Origin: the human T2T-CHM13v2.0 reference genome, Homo sapiens
DNA: 64,000 bases
Strand: one strand, 5' to 3'
Assembly (NCBI RefSeq): GCF_009914755.1
Contig: NC_060942.1
The notes below the pieces were generated by a model that worked only from the letters and a program-made list of their open reading frames with translations, had not been told where the DNA came from and made no database searches. Every line of letters starts with the position of its first letter. The first letter of the stretch is position 1. Positions 26,301 to 40,600 of this stretch are shown here, piece by piece. The position numbers and the translations under genes were made by a program.

Positions 26301-29300
26301 CACACAGCAGCGTTCTGAGAAACTGCTTTCTGATGTTTGCATTCAAGTCAAAAGTTGAACACTCCCTTTCATAGAGCAGTCCTGAAACACCCCTTTTGTA
26401 GTATCTGGAACTGGACTTTTGGAGCGATTTCAGGGCTAAGGTGAAAAAGGAAATATCTTCCCATAAAAACTGGACAGAAGCATTCTCAGAAACTTGTTTA
26501 TGCTGTATCTACTCAACTAACAAAGTTGAACCTTTCTTTTGATAGAGCAGTTTTGAAATGGTCTTTTTGTGGAATCTGCAAGTGGATATTTGGCTAGTTT
26601 TGAGGATTTCGTTGGAAGCGGGAATTCATACAAATTGCAGACTGCAGCGTTCTGAGAAACATCTTTGTGATGTTTGTATTCAGGACACAGAGTTGAACAT
26701 TCCCTATCATAGAGCAGGTTGGAATCACTCCTTTTGTAGTATCTGGAAGTGGACATTTGGAGCGCTTTCAGGCCTATTTTGGAAAGGGAAATATCTTCCC
26801 GTAACAACTATGCAGAAGCATTCTCAGAAACTTGTTTGTGATGTTGTGCCCTCTACTGACAGAGTTGAACCTTTCTTTTCATAGAGCAGTTTTGAAACAC
26901 TCTTTTTGTAGAATCTGCAAGAGGATATTTGCATAGCTTTGAGGATTTCGTGGGAAACGGGATTGTCTTCAGGTAAAATCTAGACAGAAGCATTCTCAGA
27001 AACTTCTTTGGGATGTTTGCATTCAAGTCACAGAGTAGAACATTCCCTTTGGTAGAGCAGGTTTGAAACACTCTTTTTGTAGTATCTGGAAGTGGACATT
27101 TGGAGCGCTTTCAGGCCCATGTTGGAAAGGGAAATATCTTCCCGTAACAACTAGGCAGAAGCATTCTCAGAAACTTATTTGAGATGTGTGTACTCAACTA
27201 AGAGAATTGAACCACCGTTTTGAAGGAGCAGTTTTGAAACACTCTTTTTCTGGAATCTGCAAGAGGATATTTGCCTAGCCTTGAGGATTTCGTTGGAAAC
27301 GGGATTGTCTTCAGAGAAAATCTAGACAGAAGCATTCTCAGAAACTTCTTTGGGATGCTTGCATTCAAGTCACAGAGTAGAACATTCCCTTTGGTAGAGC
27401 AGGTTTGAAACACTCTTTTCGTAGTATCTGGAAGTGGACATTTGGAGCGCTTTCAGGCCTACGTTGGAAAAGGAAATATCTTCCCATAACAACTAGACAG
27501 AAGCATTCTCAGAAACTAGTTTCTGATGTGTGTCCTCAACTAACACAGTTGAACATTTCTTTAGACAGAACAGTTTTGAAACACTCTTTTTGTGGAATCT
27601 GCAAGTGGCTATTTGGCTAGATTTGAGGATTTCGTTGGAAACGGGATTACATATAAAAAGCAGTCAGCAGCATTCTCAGAAAGTTCTTTGTGATGATTGC
27701 ATTCAAGTCACAGAATTGAACATTCCCTTTCACAGAGCAGGTTTGAAACACTCTTTTTGTAGTGTGTGTAAGTGGACATTTGGAGCACTTACCGGCCTAA
27801 GGTGAAAAAGGAAATAATCTTCCCATAAAAACTAGACAGAAGCATTCTCAGAAACTTACTCGTGATGTGTGTCCTCAACTAAAGGAGTAGAACCTTTCTT
27901 TTCATAGAGAAGTTTTGAAACGCTCTTTTTGTGGAATCTGCAAGTGGATATTTGGCTAGTTTTGAGGATTTCGTTGGAAGCGGGAATTCATACAAATTGC
28001 AGACTGCAGCGTTCTGAGAAACATCTTTGTGATGTTTGTATTCAGGACACAGAGTTGAACATTCCCTATCATAGAGCAGGTTGGAATCACTCCTTTTGTA
28101 GTATCTGGAAGTGGACATTTGGAGCGCTTTCAGGCCTATGTTGGAAAAGGAAATATCTTCCCATAACAACTAGACAGAAGCATTCTCAGAAACTTATTTG
28201 AGATGTGTGTACTCAACTAAGAGAATTGAACCACCGTTTTGAAGGAGCAGTTTTGAAACTCTCTTTTTCTGGAATCTGCAAGTGGATATTTGGCTAGCTT
28301 TGGGGATTTCGCTGGAAGCGGGAATACATATAAAAAGCACACAGCAGCGTTCTGAGAAACTGCTTTCTGATGTTTGCATTCAAGTCAAAAGTTGAACACT
28401 CCCTTTCATAGAGCAGTCCTGAAACACCCCTTTGGTAGTATCTGGAACTGGACTTTTGGAGCGATTTCAGGGCTAAGGTGAAAAAGGAAATATCTTCCCA
28501 TAAAAACTGGACAGAAGCATTCTCAGAAACTTGTTTATGCTGTATCTACTCAACTAACAAAGTTGAACCTTTCTTTTGATAGAGCAGTTTTGAAATGGTC
28601 TTTTTGTGGAATCTGCAAGTGGATATTTGGCTAGTTTTGAGGATTTCGTTGGAAGCGGGAATTCATACAAATTGCAGACTGCAGCGTTCTGAGAAACATC
28701 TTTGTGATGTTTGTATTCAGGACACAGAGTTGAACATTCCCTATCATAGAGCAGGTTGGAATCACTCCTTTTGTAGTATCTGGAAGTGGACATTTGGAGC
28801 GCTTTCAGGCCTATTTTGGAAAGGGAAATATCTTCCCGTAACAACTATGCAGAAGCATTCTCAGAAACTTGTTTGTGATGTTGTGCCCTCTACTGACAGA
28901 GTTGAACCTTTCTTTTCATAGAGCAGTTTTGAAACACTCTTTTTGTAGAATCTGCAAGAGGATATTTGCATAGCTTTGAGGATTTCGTGGGAAACGGGAT
29001 TGTCTTCAGGTAAAATCTAGACAGAAGCATTCTCAGAAACTTCTTTGGGATGTTTGCATTCAAGTCACAGAGTAGAACATTCCCTTTGGTAGAGCAGGTT
29101 TGAAACACTCTTTTTGTAGTATCTGGAAGTGGACATTTGGAGCGCTTTCAGGCCCATGTTGGAAAGGGAAATATCTTCCCGTAACAACTAGGCAGAAGCA
29201 TTCTCAGAAACTTATTTGAGATGTGTGTACTCAACTAAGAGAATTGAACCACCGTTTTGAAGGAGCAGTTTTGAAACACTCTTTTTCTGGAATCTGCAAG

Positions 29301-32300
29301 AGGATATTTGCCTAGCCTTGAGGATTTCGTTGGAAACGGGATTGTCTTCAGAGAAAATCTAGACAGAAGCATTCTCAGAAACTTCTTTGGGATGCTTGCA
29401 TTCAAGTCACAGAGTAGAACATTCCCTTTGGTAGAGCAGGTTTGAAACACTCTTTTTGTAGTATCTGGAAGTGGACATTTGGAGCGCTTTCAGGCCTACG
29501 TTGGAAAAGGAAATATCTTCCCATAACAACTAGACAGAAGCATTCTCAGAAACTAGTTTCTGATGTGTGTCCTCAACTAACACAGTTGAACATTTCTTTA
29601 GACAGAACAGTTTTGAAACACTCTTTTTGTGGAATCTGCAAGTGGCTATTTGGCTAGATTTGAGGATTTCGTTGGAAACGGGATTACATATAAAAAGCAG
29701 TCAGCAGCATTCTCAGAAAGTTCTTTGTGATGATTGCATTCAAGTCACAGAATTGAACATTCCCTTTCACAGAGCAGGTTTGAAACACTCTTTTTGTAGT
29801 GTGTGTAAGTGGACATTTGGAGCACTTACCGGCCTAAGGTGAAAAAGGAAATAATCTTCCCATAAAAACTAGACAGAAGCATTCTCAGAAACTTACTCGT
29901 GATGTGTGTCCTCAACTAAAGGAGTAGAACCTTTCTTTTCATAGAGAAGTTTTGAAACGCTCTTTTTGTGGAATCTGCAAGTGGATATTTGGCTAGTTTT
30001 GAGGATTTCGTTGGAAGCGGGAATTCATACAAATTGCAGACTGCAGCGTTCTGAGAAACATCTTTGTGATGTTTGTATTCAGGACACAGAGTTGAACATT
30101 CCCTATCATAGAGCAGGTTTGAATCACTCCTTTTGTAGTATCTGGAAGTGGACATTTGGAGCGCTTTCAGGCCTATGTTGGAAAAGGAAATATCTTCCCA
30201 TAACAACTAGACAGAAGCATTCTCAGAAACTTATTTGAGATGTGTGTACTCAACTAAGAGAATTGAACCACCGTTTTGAAGGAGCAGTTTTGAAACTCTC
30301 TTTTTCTGGAATCTGCAAGTGGATATTTGGCTAGCTTTGGGGATTTCGCTGGAAGCGGGAATACATATAAAAAGCACACAGCAGCGTTCTGAGAAACTGC
30401 TTTCTGATGTTTGCATTCAAGTCAAAAGTTGAACACTCCCTTTCATAGAGCAGTCCTGAAACACCCCTTTTGTAGTATCTGGAACTGGACTTTTGGAGCG
30501 ATTTCAGGGCTAAGGTGAAAAAGGAAATATCTTCCCATAAAAACTGGACAGAAGCATTCTCAGAAACTTGTTTATGCTGTATCTACTCAACTAACAAAGT
30601 TGAACCTTTCTTTTGATAGAGCAGTTTTGAAATGGTCTTTTTGTGGAATCTGCAAGTGGATATTTGGCTAGTTTTGAGGATTTCGTTGGAAGCGGGAATT
30701 CATACAAATTGCAGACTGCAGCGTTCTGAGAAACATCTTTGTGATGTTTGTATTCAGGACACAGAGTTGAACATTCCCTATCATAGAGCAGGTTGGAATC
30801 ACTCCTTTTGTAGTATCTGGAAGTGGACATTTGGAGCGCTTTCAGGCCTATTTTGGAAAGGGAAATATCTTCCCGTAACAACTATGCAGAAGCATTCTCA
30901 GAAACTTGTTTGTGATGTTGTGCCCTCTACTGACAGAGTTGAACCTTTCTTTTCATAGAGCAGTTTTGAAACACTCTTTTTGTAGAATCTGCAAGAGGAT
31001 ATTTGCATAGCTTTGAGGATTTCGTGGGAAACGGGATTGTCTTCAGGTAAAATCTAGACAGAAGCATTCTCAGAAACTTCTTTGGGATGTTTGCATTCAA
31101 GTCACAGAGTAGAACATTCCCTTTGGTAGAGCAGGTTTGAAACACTCTTTTTGTAGTATCTGGAAGTGGACATTTGGAGCGCTTTCAGGCCCATGTTGGA
31201 AAGGGAAATATCTTCCCGTAACAACTAGGCAGAAGCATTCTCAGAAACTTATTTGAGATGTGTGTACTCAACTAAGAGAATTGAACCACCGTTTTGAAGG
31301 AGCAGTTTTGAAACACTCTTTTTCTGGAATCTGCAAGAGGATATTTGCCTAGCCTTGAGGATTTCGTTGGAAACGGGATTGTCTTCAGAGAAAATCTAGA
31401 CAGAAGCATTCTCAGAAACTTCTTTGGGATGCTTGCATTCAAGTCACAGAGTAGAACATTCCCTTTGGTAGAGCAGGTTTGAAACACTCTTTTCGTAGTA
31501 TCTGGAAGTGGACATTTGGAGCGCTTTCAGGCCTACGTTGGAAAAGGAAATATCTTCCCATAACAACTAGACAGAAGCATTCTCAGAAACTAGTTTCTGA
31601 TGTGTGTCCTCAACTAACACAGTTGAACATTTCTTTAGACAGAACAGTTTTGAAACACTCTTTTTGTGGAATCTGCAAGTGGCTATTTGGCTAGATTTGA
31701 GGATTTCGTTGGAAACGGGATTACATATAAAAAGCAGTCAGCAGCATTCTCAGAAAGTTCTTTGTGATGATTGCATTCAAGTCACAGAATTGAACATTCC
31801 CTTTCACAGAGCAGGTTTGAAACACTCTTTTTGTAGTGTGTGTAAGTGGACATTTGGAGCACTTACCGGCCTAAGGTGAAAAAGGAAATAATCTTCCCAT
31901 AAAAACTAGACAGAAGCATTCTCAGAAACTTACTCGTGATGTGTGTCCTCAACTAAAGGAGTAGAACCTTTCTTTTCATAGAGAAGTTTTGAAACGCTCT
32001 TTTTGTGGAATCTGCAAGTGGATATTTGGCTAGTTTTGAGGATTTCGTTGGAAGCGGGAATTCATACAAATTGCAGACTGCAGCGTTCTGAGAAACATCT
32101 TTGTGATGTTTGTATTCAGGACACAGAGTTGAACATTCCCTATCATAGAGCAGGTTGGAATCACTCCTTTTGTAGTATCTGGAAGTGGACATTTGGAGCG
32201 CTTTCAGGCCTATGTTGGAAAAGGAAATATCTTCCCATAACAACTAGACAGAAGCATTCTCAGAAACTTATTTGAGATGTGTGTACTCAACTAAGAGAAT

Positions 32301-34610
32301 TGAACCACCGTTTTGAAGGAGCAGTTTTGAAACTCTCTTTTTCTGGAATCTGCAAGTGGATATTTGGCTAGCTTTGGGGATTTCGCTGGAAGCGGGAATA
32401 CATATAAAAAGCACACAGCAGCGTTCTGAGAAACTGCTTTCTGATGTTTGCATTCAAGTCAAAAGTTGAACACTCCCTTTCATAGAGCAGTCCTGAAACA
32501 CCCCTTTTGTAGTATCTGGAACTGGACTTTTGGAGCGATTTCAGGGCTAAGGTGAAAAAGGAAATATCTTCCCATAAAAACTGGACAGAAGCATTCTCAG
32601 AAACTTGTTTATGCTGTATCTACTCAACTAACAAAGTTGAACCTTTCTTTTGATAGAGCAGTTTTGAAATGGTCTTTTTGTGGAATCTGCAAGTGGATAT
32701 TTGGCTAGTTTTGAGGATTTCGTTGGAAGCGGGAATTCATACAAATTGCAGACTGCAGCGTTCTGAGAAACATCTTTGTGATGTTTGTATTCAGGACACA
32801 GAGTTGAACATTCCCTATCATAGAGCAGGTTGGAATCACTCCTTTTGTAGTATCTGGAAGTGGACATTTGGAGCGCTTTCAGGCCTATTTTGGAAAGGGA
32901 AATATCTTCCCGTAACAACTATGCAGAAGCATTCTCAGAAACTTGTTTGTGATGTTGTGCCCTCTACTGACAGAGTTGAACCTTTCTTTTCATAGAGCAG
33001 TTTTGAAACACTCTTTTTGTAGAATCTGCAAGAGGATATTTGCATAGCTTTGAGGATTTCGTGGGAAACGGGATTGTCTTCAGGTAAAATCTAGACAGAA
33101 GCATTCTCAGAAACTTCTTTGGGATGTTTGCATTCAAGTCACAGAGTAGAACATTCCCTTTGGTAGAGCAGGTTTGAAACACTCTTTTTGTAGTATCTGG
33201 AAGTGGACATTTGGAGCGCTTTCAGGCCCATGTTGGAAAGGGAAATATCTTCCCGTAACAACTAGGCAGAAGCATTCTCAGAAACTTATTTGAGATGTGT
33301 GTACTCAACTAAGAGAATTGAACCACCGTTTTGAAGGAGCAGTTTTGAAACACTCTTTTTCTGGAATCTGCAAGAGTATATTTGCCTAGCCTTGAGGATT
33401 TCGTTGGAAACGGGATTGTCTTCAGAGAAAATCTAGACAGAAGCATTCTCAGAAACTTCTTTGGGATGCTTGCATTCAAGTCACAGAGTAGAACATTCCC
33501 TTTGGTAGAGCAGGTTTGAAACACTCTTTTTGTAGTATCTGGAAGTGGACATTTGGAGCGCTTTCAGGCCTACGTTGGAAAAGGAAATATCTTCCCATAA
33601 CAACTAGACAGAAGCATTCTCAGAAACTAGTTTCTGATGTGTGTCCTCAACTAACACAGTTGAACATTTCTTTAGACAGAACAGTTTTGAAACACTCTTT
33701 TTGTGGAATCTGCAAGTGGCTATTTGGCTAGATTTGAGGATTTCGTTGGAAACGGGATTACATATAAAAAGCAGTCAGCAGCATTCTCAGAAAGTTCTTT
33801 GTGATGATTGCATTCAAGTCACAGAATTGAACATTCCCTTTCACAGAGCAGGTTTGAAACACTCTTTTTGTAGTGTGTGTAAGTGGACATTTGGAGCACT
33901 TACCGGCCTAAGGTGAAAAAGGAAATAATCTTCCCATAAAAACTAGACAGAAGCATTCTCAGAAACTTACTCGTGATGTGTGTCCTCAACTAAAGGAGTA
34001 GAACCTTTCTTTTCATAGAGAAGTTTTGAAACGCTCTTTTTGTGGAATCTGCAAGTGGATATTTGGCTAGTTTTGAGGATTTCGTTGGAAGCGGGAATTC
34101 ATACAAATTGCAGACTGCAGCGTTCTGAGAAACATCTTTGTGATGTTTGTATTCAGGACACAGAGTTGAACATTCCCTATCATAGAGCAGGTTGGAATCA
34201 CTCCTTTTGTAGTATCTGGAAGTGGACATTTGGAGCGCTTTCAGGCCTATGTTGGAAAAGGAAATATCTTCCCATAACAACTAGACAGAAGCATTCTCAG
34301 AAACTTATTTGAGATGTGTGTACTCAACTAAGAGAATTGAACCACCGTTTTGAAGGAGCAGTTTTGAAACTCTCTTTTTCTGGAATCTGCAAGTGGATAT
34401 TTGGCTAGCTTTGGGGATTTCGCTGGAAGCGGGAATACATATAAAAAGCACACAGCAGCGTTCTGAGAAACTGCTTTCTGATGTTTGCATTCAAGTCAAA
34501 AGTTGAACACTCCCTTTCATAGAGCAGTCCTGAAACACCCCTTTTGTAGTATCTGGAACTGGACTTTTGGAGCGATTTCAGGGCTAAGGTGAAAAAGGAA
34601 ATATCTTCCC
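20352..34610 (+). repeat. HOR haplotype block II: 7 units of 2037 bp (units 11-17)
   Basis: Each unit carries a +T (GATGTTGTGCCC; first at ~20734, last at ~32956; shortens the 125-aa ORF to 108 aa) and a +A (GGAAATAATCTTCCC). Confidence 0.9.
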
Positions 34611-37600
34611 ATAAAAACTGGACAGAAGCATTCTCAGAAACTTGTTTATGCTGTATCTACTCAACTAACAAAGTTGAACCTTTCTTTTGATAGAGCAGTT
34701 TTGAAATGGTCTTTTTGTGGAATCTGCAAGTGGATATTTGGCTAGTTTTGAGGATTTCGTTGGAAGCGGGAATTCATACAAATTGCAGACTGCAGCGTTC
34801 TGAGAAACATCTTTGTGATGTTTGTATTCAGGACACAGAGTTGAACATTCCCTATCATAGAGCAGGTTGGAATCACTCCTTTTGTAGTATCTGGAAGTGG
34901 ACATTTGGAGCGCTTTCAGGCCTATTTTGGAAAGGGAAATATCTTCCCGTAACAACTATGCAGAAGCATTCTCAGAAACTTGTTTGTGATGTGTGCCCTC
35001 TACTGACAGAGTTGAACCTTTCTTTTCATAGAGCAGTTTTGAAACACTCTTTTTGTAGAATCTGCAAGAGGATATTTGCATAGCTTTGAGGATTTCGTGG
35101 GAAACGGGATTGTCTTCAGGTAAAATCTAGACAGAAGCATTCTCAGAAACTTCTTTGGGATGTTTGCATTCAAGTCACAGAGTAGAACATTCCCTTTGGT
35201 AGAGCAGGTTTGAAACACTCTTTTTGTAGTATCTGGAAGTGGACATTTGGAGCGCTTTCAGGCCCATGTTGGAAAGGGAAATATCTTCCCGTAACAACTA
35301 GGCAGAAGCATTCTCAGAAACTTATTTGAGATGTGTGTACTCAACTAAGAGAATTGAACCACCGTTTTGAAGGAGCAGTTTTGAAACACTCTTTTTCTGG
35401 AATCTGCAAGAGGATATTTGCCTAGCCTTGAGGATTTCGTTGGAAACGGGATTGTCTTCAGAGAAAATCTAGACAGAAGCATTCTCAGAAACTTCTTTGG
35501 GATGCTTGCATTCAAGTCACAGAGTAGAACATTCCCTTTGGTAGAGCAGGTTTGAAACACTCTTTTTGTAGTATCTGGAAGTGGACATTTGGAGCGCTTT
35601 CAGGCCTACGTTGGAAAAGGAAATATCTTCCCATAACAACTAGACAGAAGCATTCTCAGAAACTAGTTTCTGATGTGTGTCCTCAACTAACACAGTTGAA
35701 CATTTCTTTAGACAGAACAGTTTTGAAACACTCTTTTTGTGGAATCTGCAAGTGGCTATTTGGCTAGATTTGAGGATTTCGTTGGAAACGGGATTACATA
35801 TAAAAAGCAGTCAGCAGCATTCTCAGAAAGTTCTTTGTGATGATTGCATTCAAGTCACAGAATTGAACATTCCCTTTCACAGAGCAGGTTTGAAACACTC
35901 TTTTTGTAGTGTGTGTAAGTGGACATTTGGAGCACTTACCGGCCTAAGGTGAAAAAGGAAATAATCTTCCCATAAAAACTAGACAGAAGCATTCTCAGAA
36001 ACTTACTCGTGATGTGTGTCCTCAACTAAAGGAGTAGAACCTTTCTTTTCATAGAGAAGTTTTGAAACGCTCTTTTTGTGGAATCTGCAAGTGGATATTT
36101 GGCTAGTTTTGAGGATTTCGTTGGAAGCGGGAATTCATACAAATTGCAGACTGCAGCGTTCTGAGAAACATCTTTGTGATGTTTGTATTCAGGACACAGA
36201 GTTGAACATTCCCTATCATAGAGCAGGTTGGAATCACTCCTTTTGTAGTATCTGGAAGTGGACATTTGGAGCGCTTTCAGGCCTATGTTGGAAAAGGAAA
36301 TATCTTCCCATAACAACTAGACAGAAGCATTCTCAGAAACTTATTTGAGATGTGTGTACTCAACTAAGAGAATTGAACCACCGTTTTGAAGGAGCAGTTT
36401 TGAAACTCTCTTTTTCTGGAATCTGCAAGTGGATATTTGGCTAGCTTTGGGGATTTCGCTGGAAGCGGGAATACATATAAAAAGCACACAGCAGCGTTCT
36501 GAGAAACTGCTTTCTGATGTTTGCATTCAAGTCAAAAGTTGAACACTCCCTTTCATAGAGCAGTCCTGAAACACCCCTTTTGTAGTATCTGGAACTGGAC
36601 TTTTGGAGCGATTTCAGGGCTAAGGTGAAAAAGGAAATATCTTCCCATAAAAACTGGACAGAAGCATTCTCAGAAACTTGTTTATGCTGTATCTACTCAA
36701 CTAACAAAGTTGAACCTTTCTTTTGATAGAGCAGTTTTGAAATGGTCTTTTTGTGGAATCTGCAAGTGGATATTTGGCTAGTTTTGAGGATTTCGTTGGA
36801 AGCGGGAATTCATACAAATTGCAGACTGCAGCGTTCTGAGAAACATCTTTGTGATGTTTGTATTCAGGACACAGAGTTGAACATTCCCTATCATAGAGCA
36901 GGTTGGAATCACTCCTTTTGTAGTATCTGGAAGTGGACATTTGGAGCGCTTTCAGGCCTATTTTGGAAAGGGAAATATCTTCCCGTAACAACTATGCAGA
37001 AGCATTCTCAGAAACTTGTTTGTGATGTGTGCCCTCTACTGACAGAGTTGAACCTTTCTTTTCATAGAGCAGTTTTGAAACACTCTTTTTGTAGAATCTG
37101 CAAGAGGATATTTGCATAGCTTTGAGGATTTCGTGGGAAACGGGATTGTCTTCAGGTAAAATCTAGACAGAAGCATTCTCAGAAACTTCTTTGGGATGTT
37201 TGCATTCAAGTCACAGAGTAGAACATTCCCTTTGGTAGAGCAGGTTTGAAACACTCTTTTTGTAGTATCTGGAAGTGGACATTTGGAGCGCTTTCAGGCC
37301 CATGTTGGAAAGGGAAATATCTTCCCGTAACAACTAGGCAGAAGCATTCTCAGAAACTTATTTGAGATGTGTGTACTCAACTAAGAGAATTGAACCACCG
37401 TTTTGAAGGAGCAGTTTTGAAACACTCTTTTTCTGGAATCTGCAAGAGGATATTTGCCTAGCCTTGAGGATTTCGTTGGAAACGGGATTGTCTTCAGAGA
37501 AAATCTAGACAGAAGCATTCTCAGAAACTTCTTTGGGATGCTTGCATTCAAGTCACAGAGTAGAACATTCCCTTTGGTAGAGCAGGTTTGAAACACTCTT

Positions 37601-40600
37601 TTTGTAGTATCTGGAAGTGGACATTTGGAGCGCTTTCAGGCCTACGTTGGAAAAGGAAATATCTTCCCATAACAACTAGACAGAAGCATTCTCAGAAACT
37701 AGTTTCTGATGTGTGTCCTCAACTAACACAGTTGAACATTTCTTTAGACAGAACAGTTTTGAAACACTCTTTTTGTGGAATCTGCAAGTGGCTATTTGGC
37801 TAGATTTGAGGATTTCGTTGGAAACGGGATTACATATAAAAAGCAGTCAGCAGCATTCTCAGAAAGTTCTTTGTGATGATTGCATTCAAGTCACAGAATT
37901 GAACATTCCCTTTCACAGAGCAGGTTTGAAACACTCTTTTTGTAGTGTGTGTAAGTGGACATTTGGAGCACTTACCGGCCTAAGGTGAAAAAGGAAATAA
38001 TCTTCCCATAAAAACTAGACAGAAGCATTCTCAGAAACTTACTCGTGATGTGTGTCCTCAACTAAAGGAGTAGAACCTTTCTTTTCATAGAGAAGTTTTG
38101 AAACGCTCTTTTTGTGGAATCTGCAAGTGGATATTTGGCTAGTTTTGAGGATTTCGTTGGAAGCGGGAATTCATACAAATTGCAGACTGCAGCGTTCTGA
38201 GAAACATCTTTGTGATGTTTGTATTCAGGACACAGAGTTGAACATTCCCTATCATAGAGCAGGTTGGAATCACTCCTTTTGTAGTATCTGGAAGTGGACA
38301 TTTGGAGCGCTTTCAGGCCTATGTTGGAAAAGGAAATATCTTCCCATAACAACTAGACAGAAGCATTCTCAGAAACTTATTTGAGATGTGTGTACTCAAC
38401 TAAGAGAATTGAACCACCGTTTTGAAGGAGCAGTTTTGAAACTCTCTTTTTCTGGAATCTGCAAGTGGATATTTGGCTAGCTTTGGGGATTTCGCTGGAA
38501 GCGGGAATACATATAAAAAGCACACAGCAGCGTTCTGAGAAACTGCTTTCTGATGTTTGCATTCAAGTCAAAAGTTGAACACTCCCTTTCATAGAGCAGT
38601 CCTGAAACACCCCTTTTGTAGTATCTGGAACTGGACTTTTGGAGCGATTTCAGGGCTAAGGTGAAAAAGGAAATATCTTCCCATAAAAACTGGACAGAAG
38701 CATTCTCAGAAACTTGTTTATGCTGTATCTACTCAACTAACAAAGTTGAACCTTTCTTTTGATAGAGCAGTTTTGAAATGGTCTTTTTGTGGAATCTGCA
38801 AGTGGATATTTGGCTAGTTTTGAGGATTTCGTTGGAAGCGGGAATTCATACAAATTGCAGACTGCAGCGTTCTGAGAAACATCTTTGTGATGTTTGTATT
38901 CAGGACACAGAGTTGAACATTCCCTATCATAGAGCAGGTTGGAATCACTCCTTTTGTAGTATCTGGAAGTGGACATTTGGAGCGCTTTCAGGCCTATTTT
39001 GGAAAGGGAAATATCTTCCCGTAACAACTATGCAGAAGCATTCTCAGAAACTTGTTTGTGATGTGTGCCCTCTACTGACAGAGTTGAACCTTTCTTTTCA
39101 TAGAGCAGTTTTGAAACACTCTTTTTGTAGAATCTGCAAGAGGATATTTGCATAGCTTTGAGGATTTCGTGGGAAACGGGATTGTCTTCAGGTAAAATCT
39201 AGACAGAAGCATTCTCAGAAACTTCTTTGGGATGTTTGCATTCAAGTCACAGAGTAGAACATTCCCTTTGGTAGAGCAGGTTTGAAACACTCTTTTTGTA
39301 GTATCTGGAAGTGGACATTTGGAGCGCTTTCAGGCCCATGTTGGAAAGGGAAATATCTTCCCGTAACAACTAGGCAGAAGCATTCTCAGAAACTTATTTG
39401 AGATGTGTGTACTCAACTAAGAGAATTGAACCACCGTTTTGAAGGAGCAGTTTTGAAACACTCTTTTTCTGGAATCTGCAAGAGGATATTTGCCTAGCCT
39501 TGAGGATTTCGTTGGAAACGGGATTGTCTTCAGAGAAAATCTAGACAGAAGCATTCTCAGAAACTTCTTTGGGATGCTTGCATTCAAGTCACAGAGTAGA
39601 ACATTCCCTTTGGTAGAGCAGGTTTGAAACACTCTTTTTGTAGTATCTGGAAGTGGACATTTGGAGCGCTTTCAGGCCTACGTTGGAAAAGGAAATATCT
39701 TCCCATAACAACTAGACAGAAGCATTCTCAGAAACTAGTTTCTGATGTGTGTCCTCAACTAACACAGTTGAACATTTCTTTAGACAGAACAGTTTTGAAA
39801 CACTCTTTTTGTGGAATCTGCAAGTGGCTATTTGGCTAGATTTGAGGATTTCGTTGGAAACGGGATTACATATAAAAAGCAGTCAGCAGCATTCTCAGAA
39901 AGTTCTTTGTGATGATTGCATTCAAGTCACAGAATTGAACATTCCCTTTCACAGAGCAGGTTTGAAACACTCTTTTTGTAGTGTGTGTAAGTGGACATTT
40001 GGAGCACTTACCGGCCTAAGGTGAAAAAGGAAATAATCTTCCCATAAAAACTAGACAGAAGCATTCTCAGAAACTTACTCGTGATGTGTGTCCTCAACTA
40101 AAGGAGTAGAACCTTTCTTTTCATAGAGAAGTTTTGAAACGCTCTTTTTGTGGAATCTGCAAGTGGATATTTGGCTAGTTTTGAGGATTTCGTTGGAAGC
40201 GGGAATTCATACAAATTGCAGACTGCAGCGTTCTGAGAAACATCTTTGTGATGTTTGTATTCAGGACACAGAGTTGAACATTCCCTATCATAGAGCAGGT
40301 TTGAATCACTCCTTTTGTAGTATCTGGAAGTGGACATTTGGAGCGCTTTCAGGCCTATGTTGGAAAAGGAAATATCTTCCCATAACAACTAGACAGAAGC
40401 ATTCTCAGAAACTTATTTGAGATGTGTGTACTCAACTAAGAGAATTGAACCACCGTTTTGAAGGAGCAGTTTTGAAACTCTCTTTTTCTGGAATCTGCAA
40501 GTGGATATTTGGCTAGCTTTGGGGATTTCGCTGGAAGCGGGAATACATATAAAAAGCACACAGCAGCGTTCTGAGAAACTGCTTTCTGATGTTTGCATTC

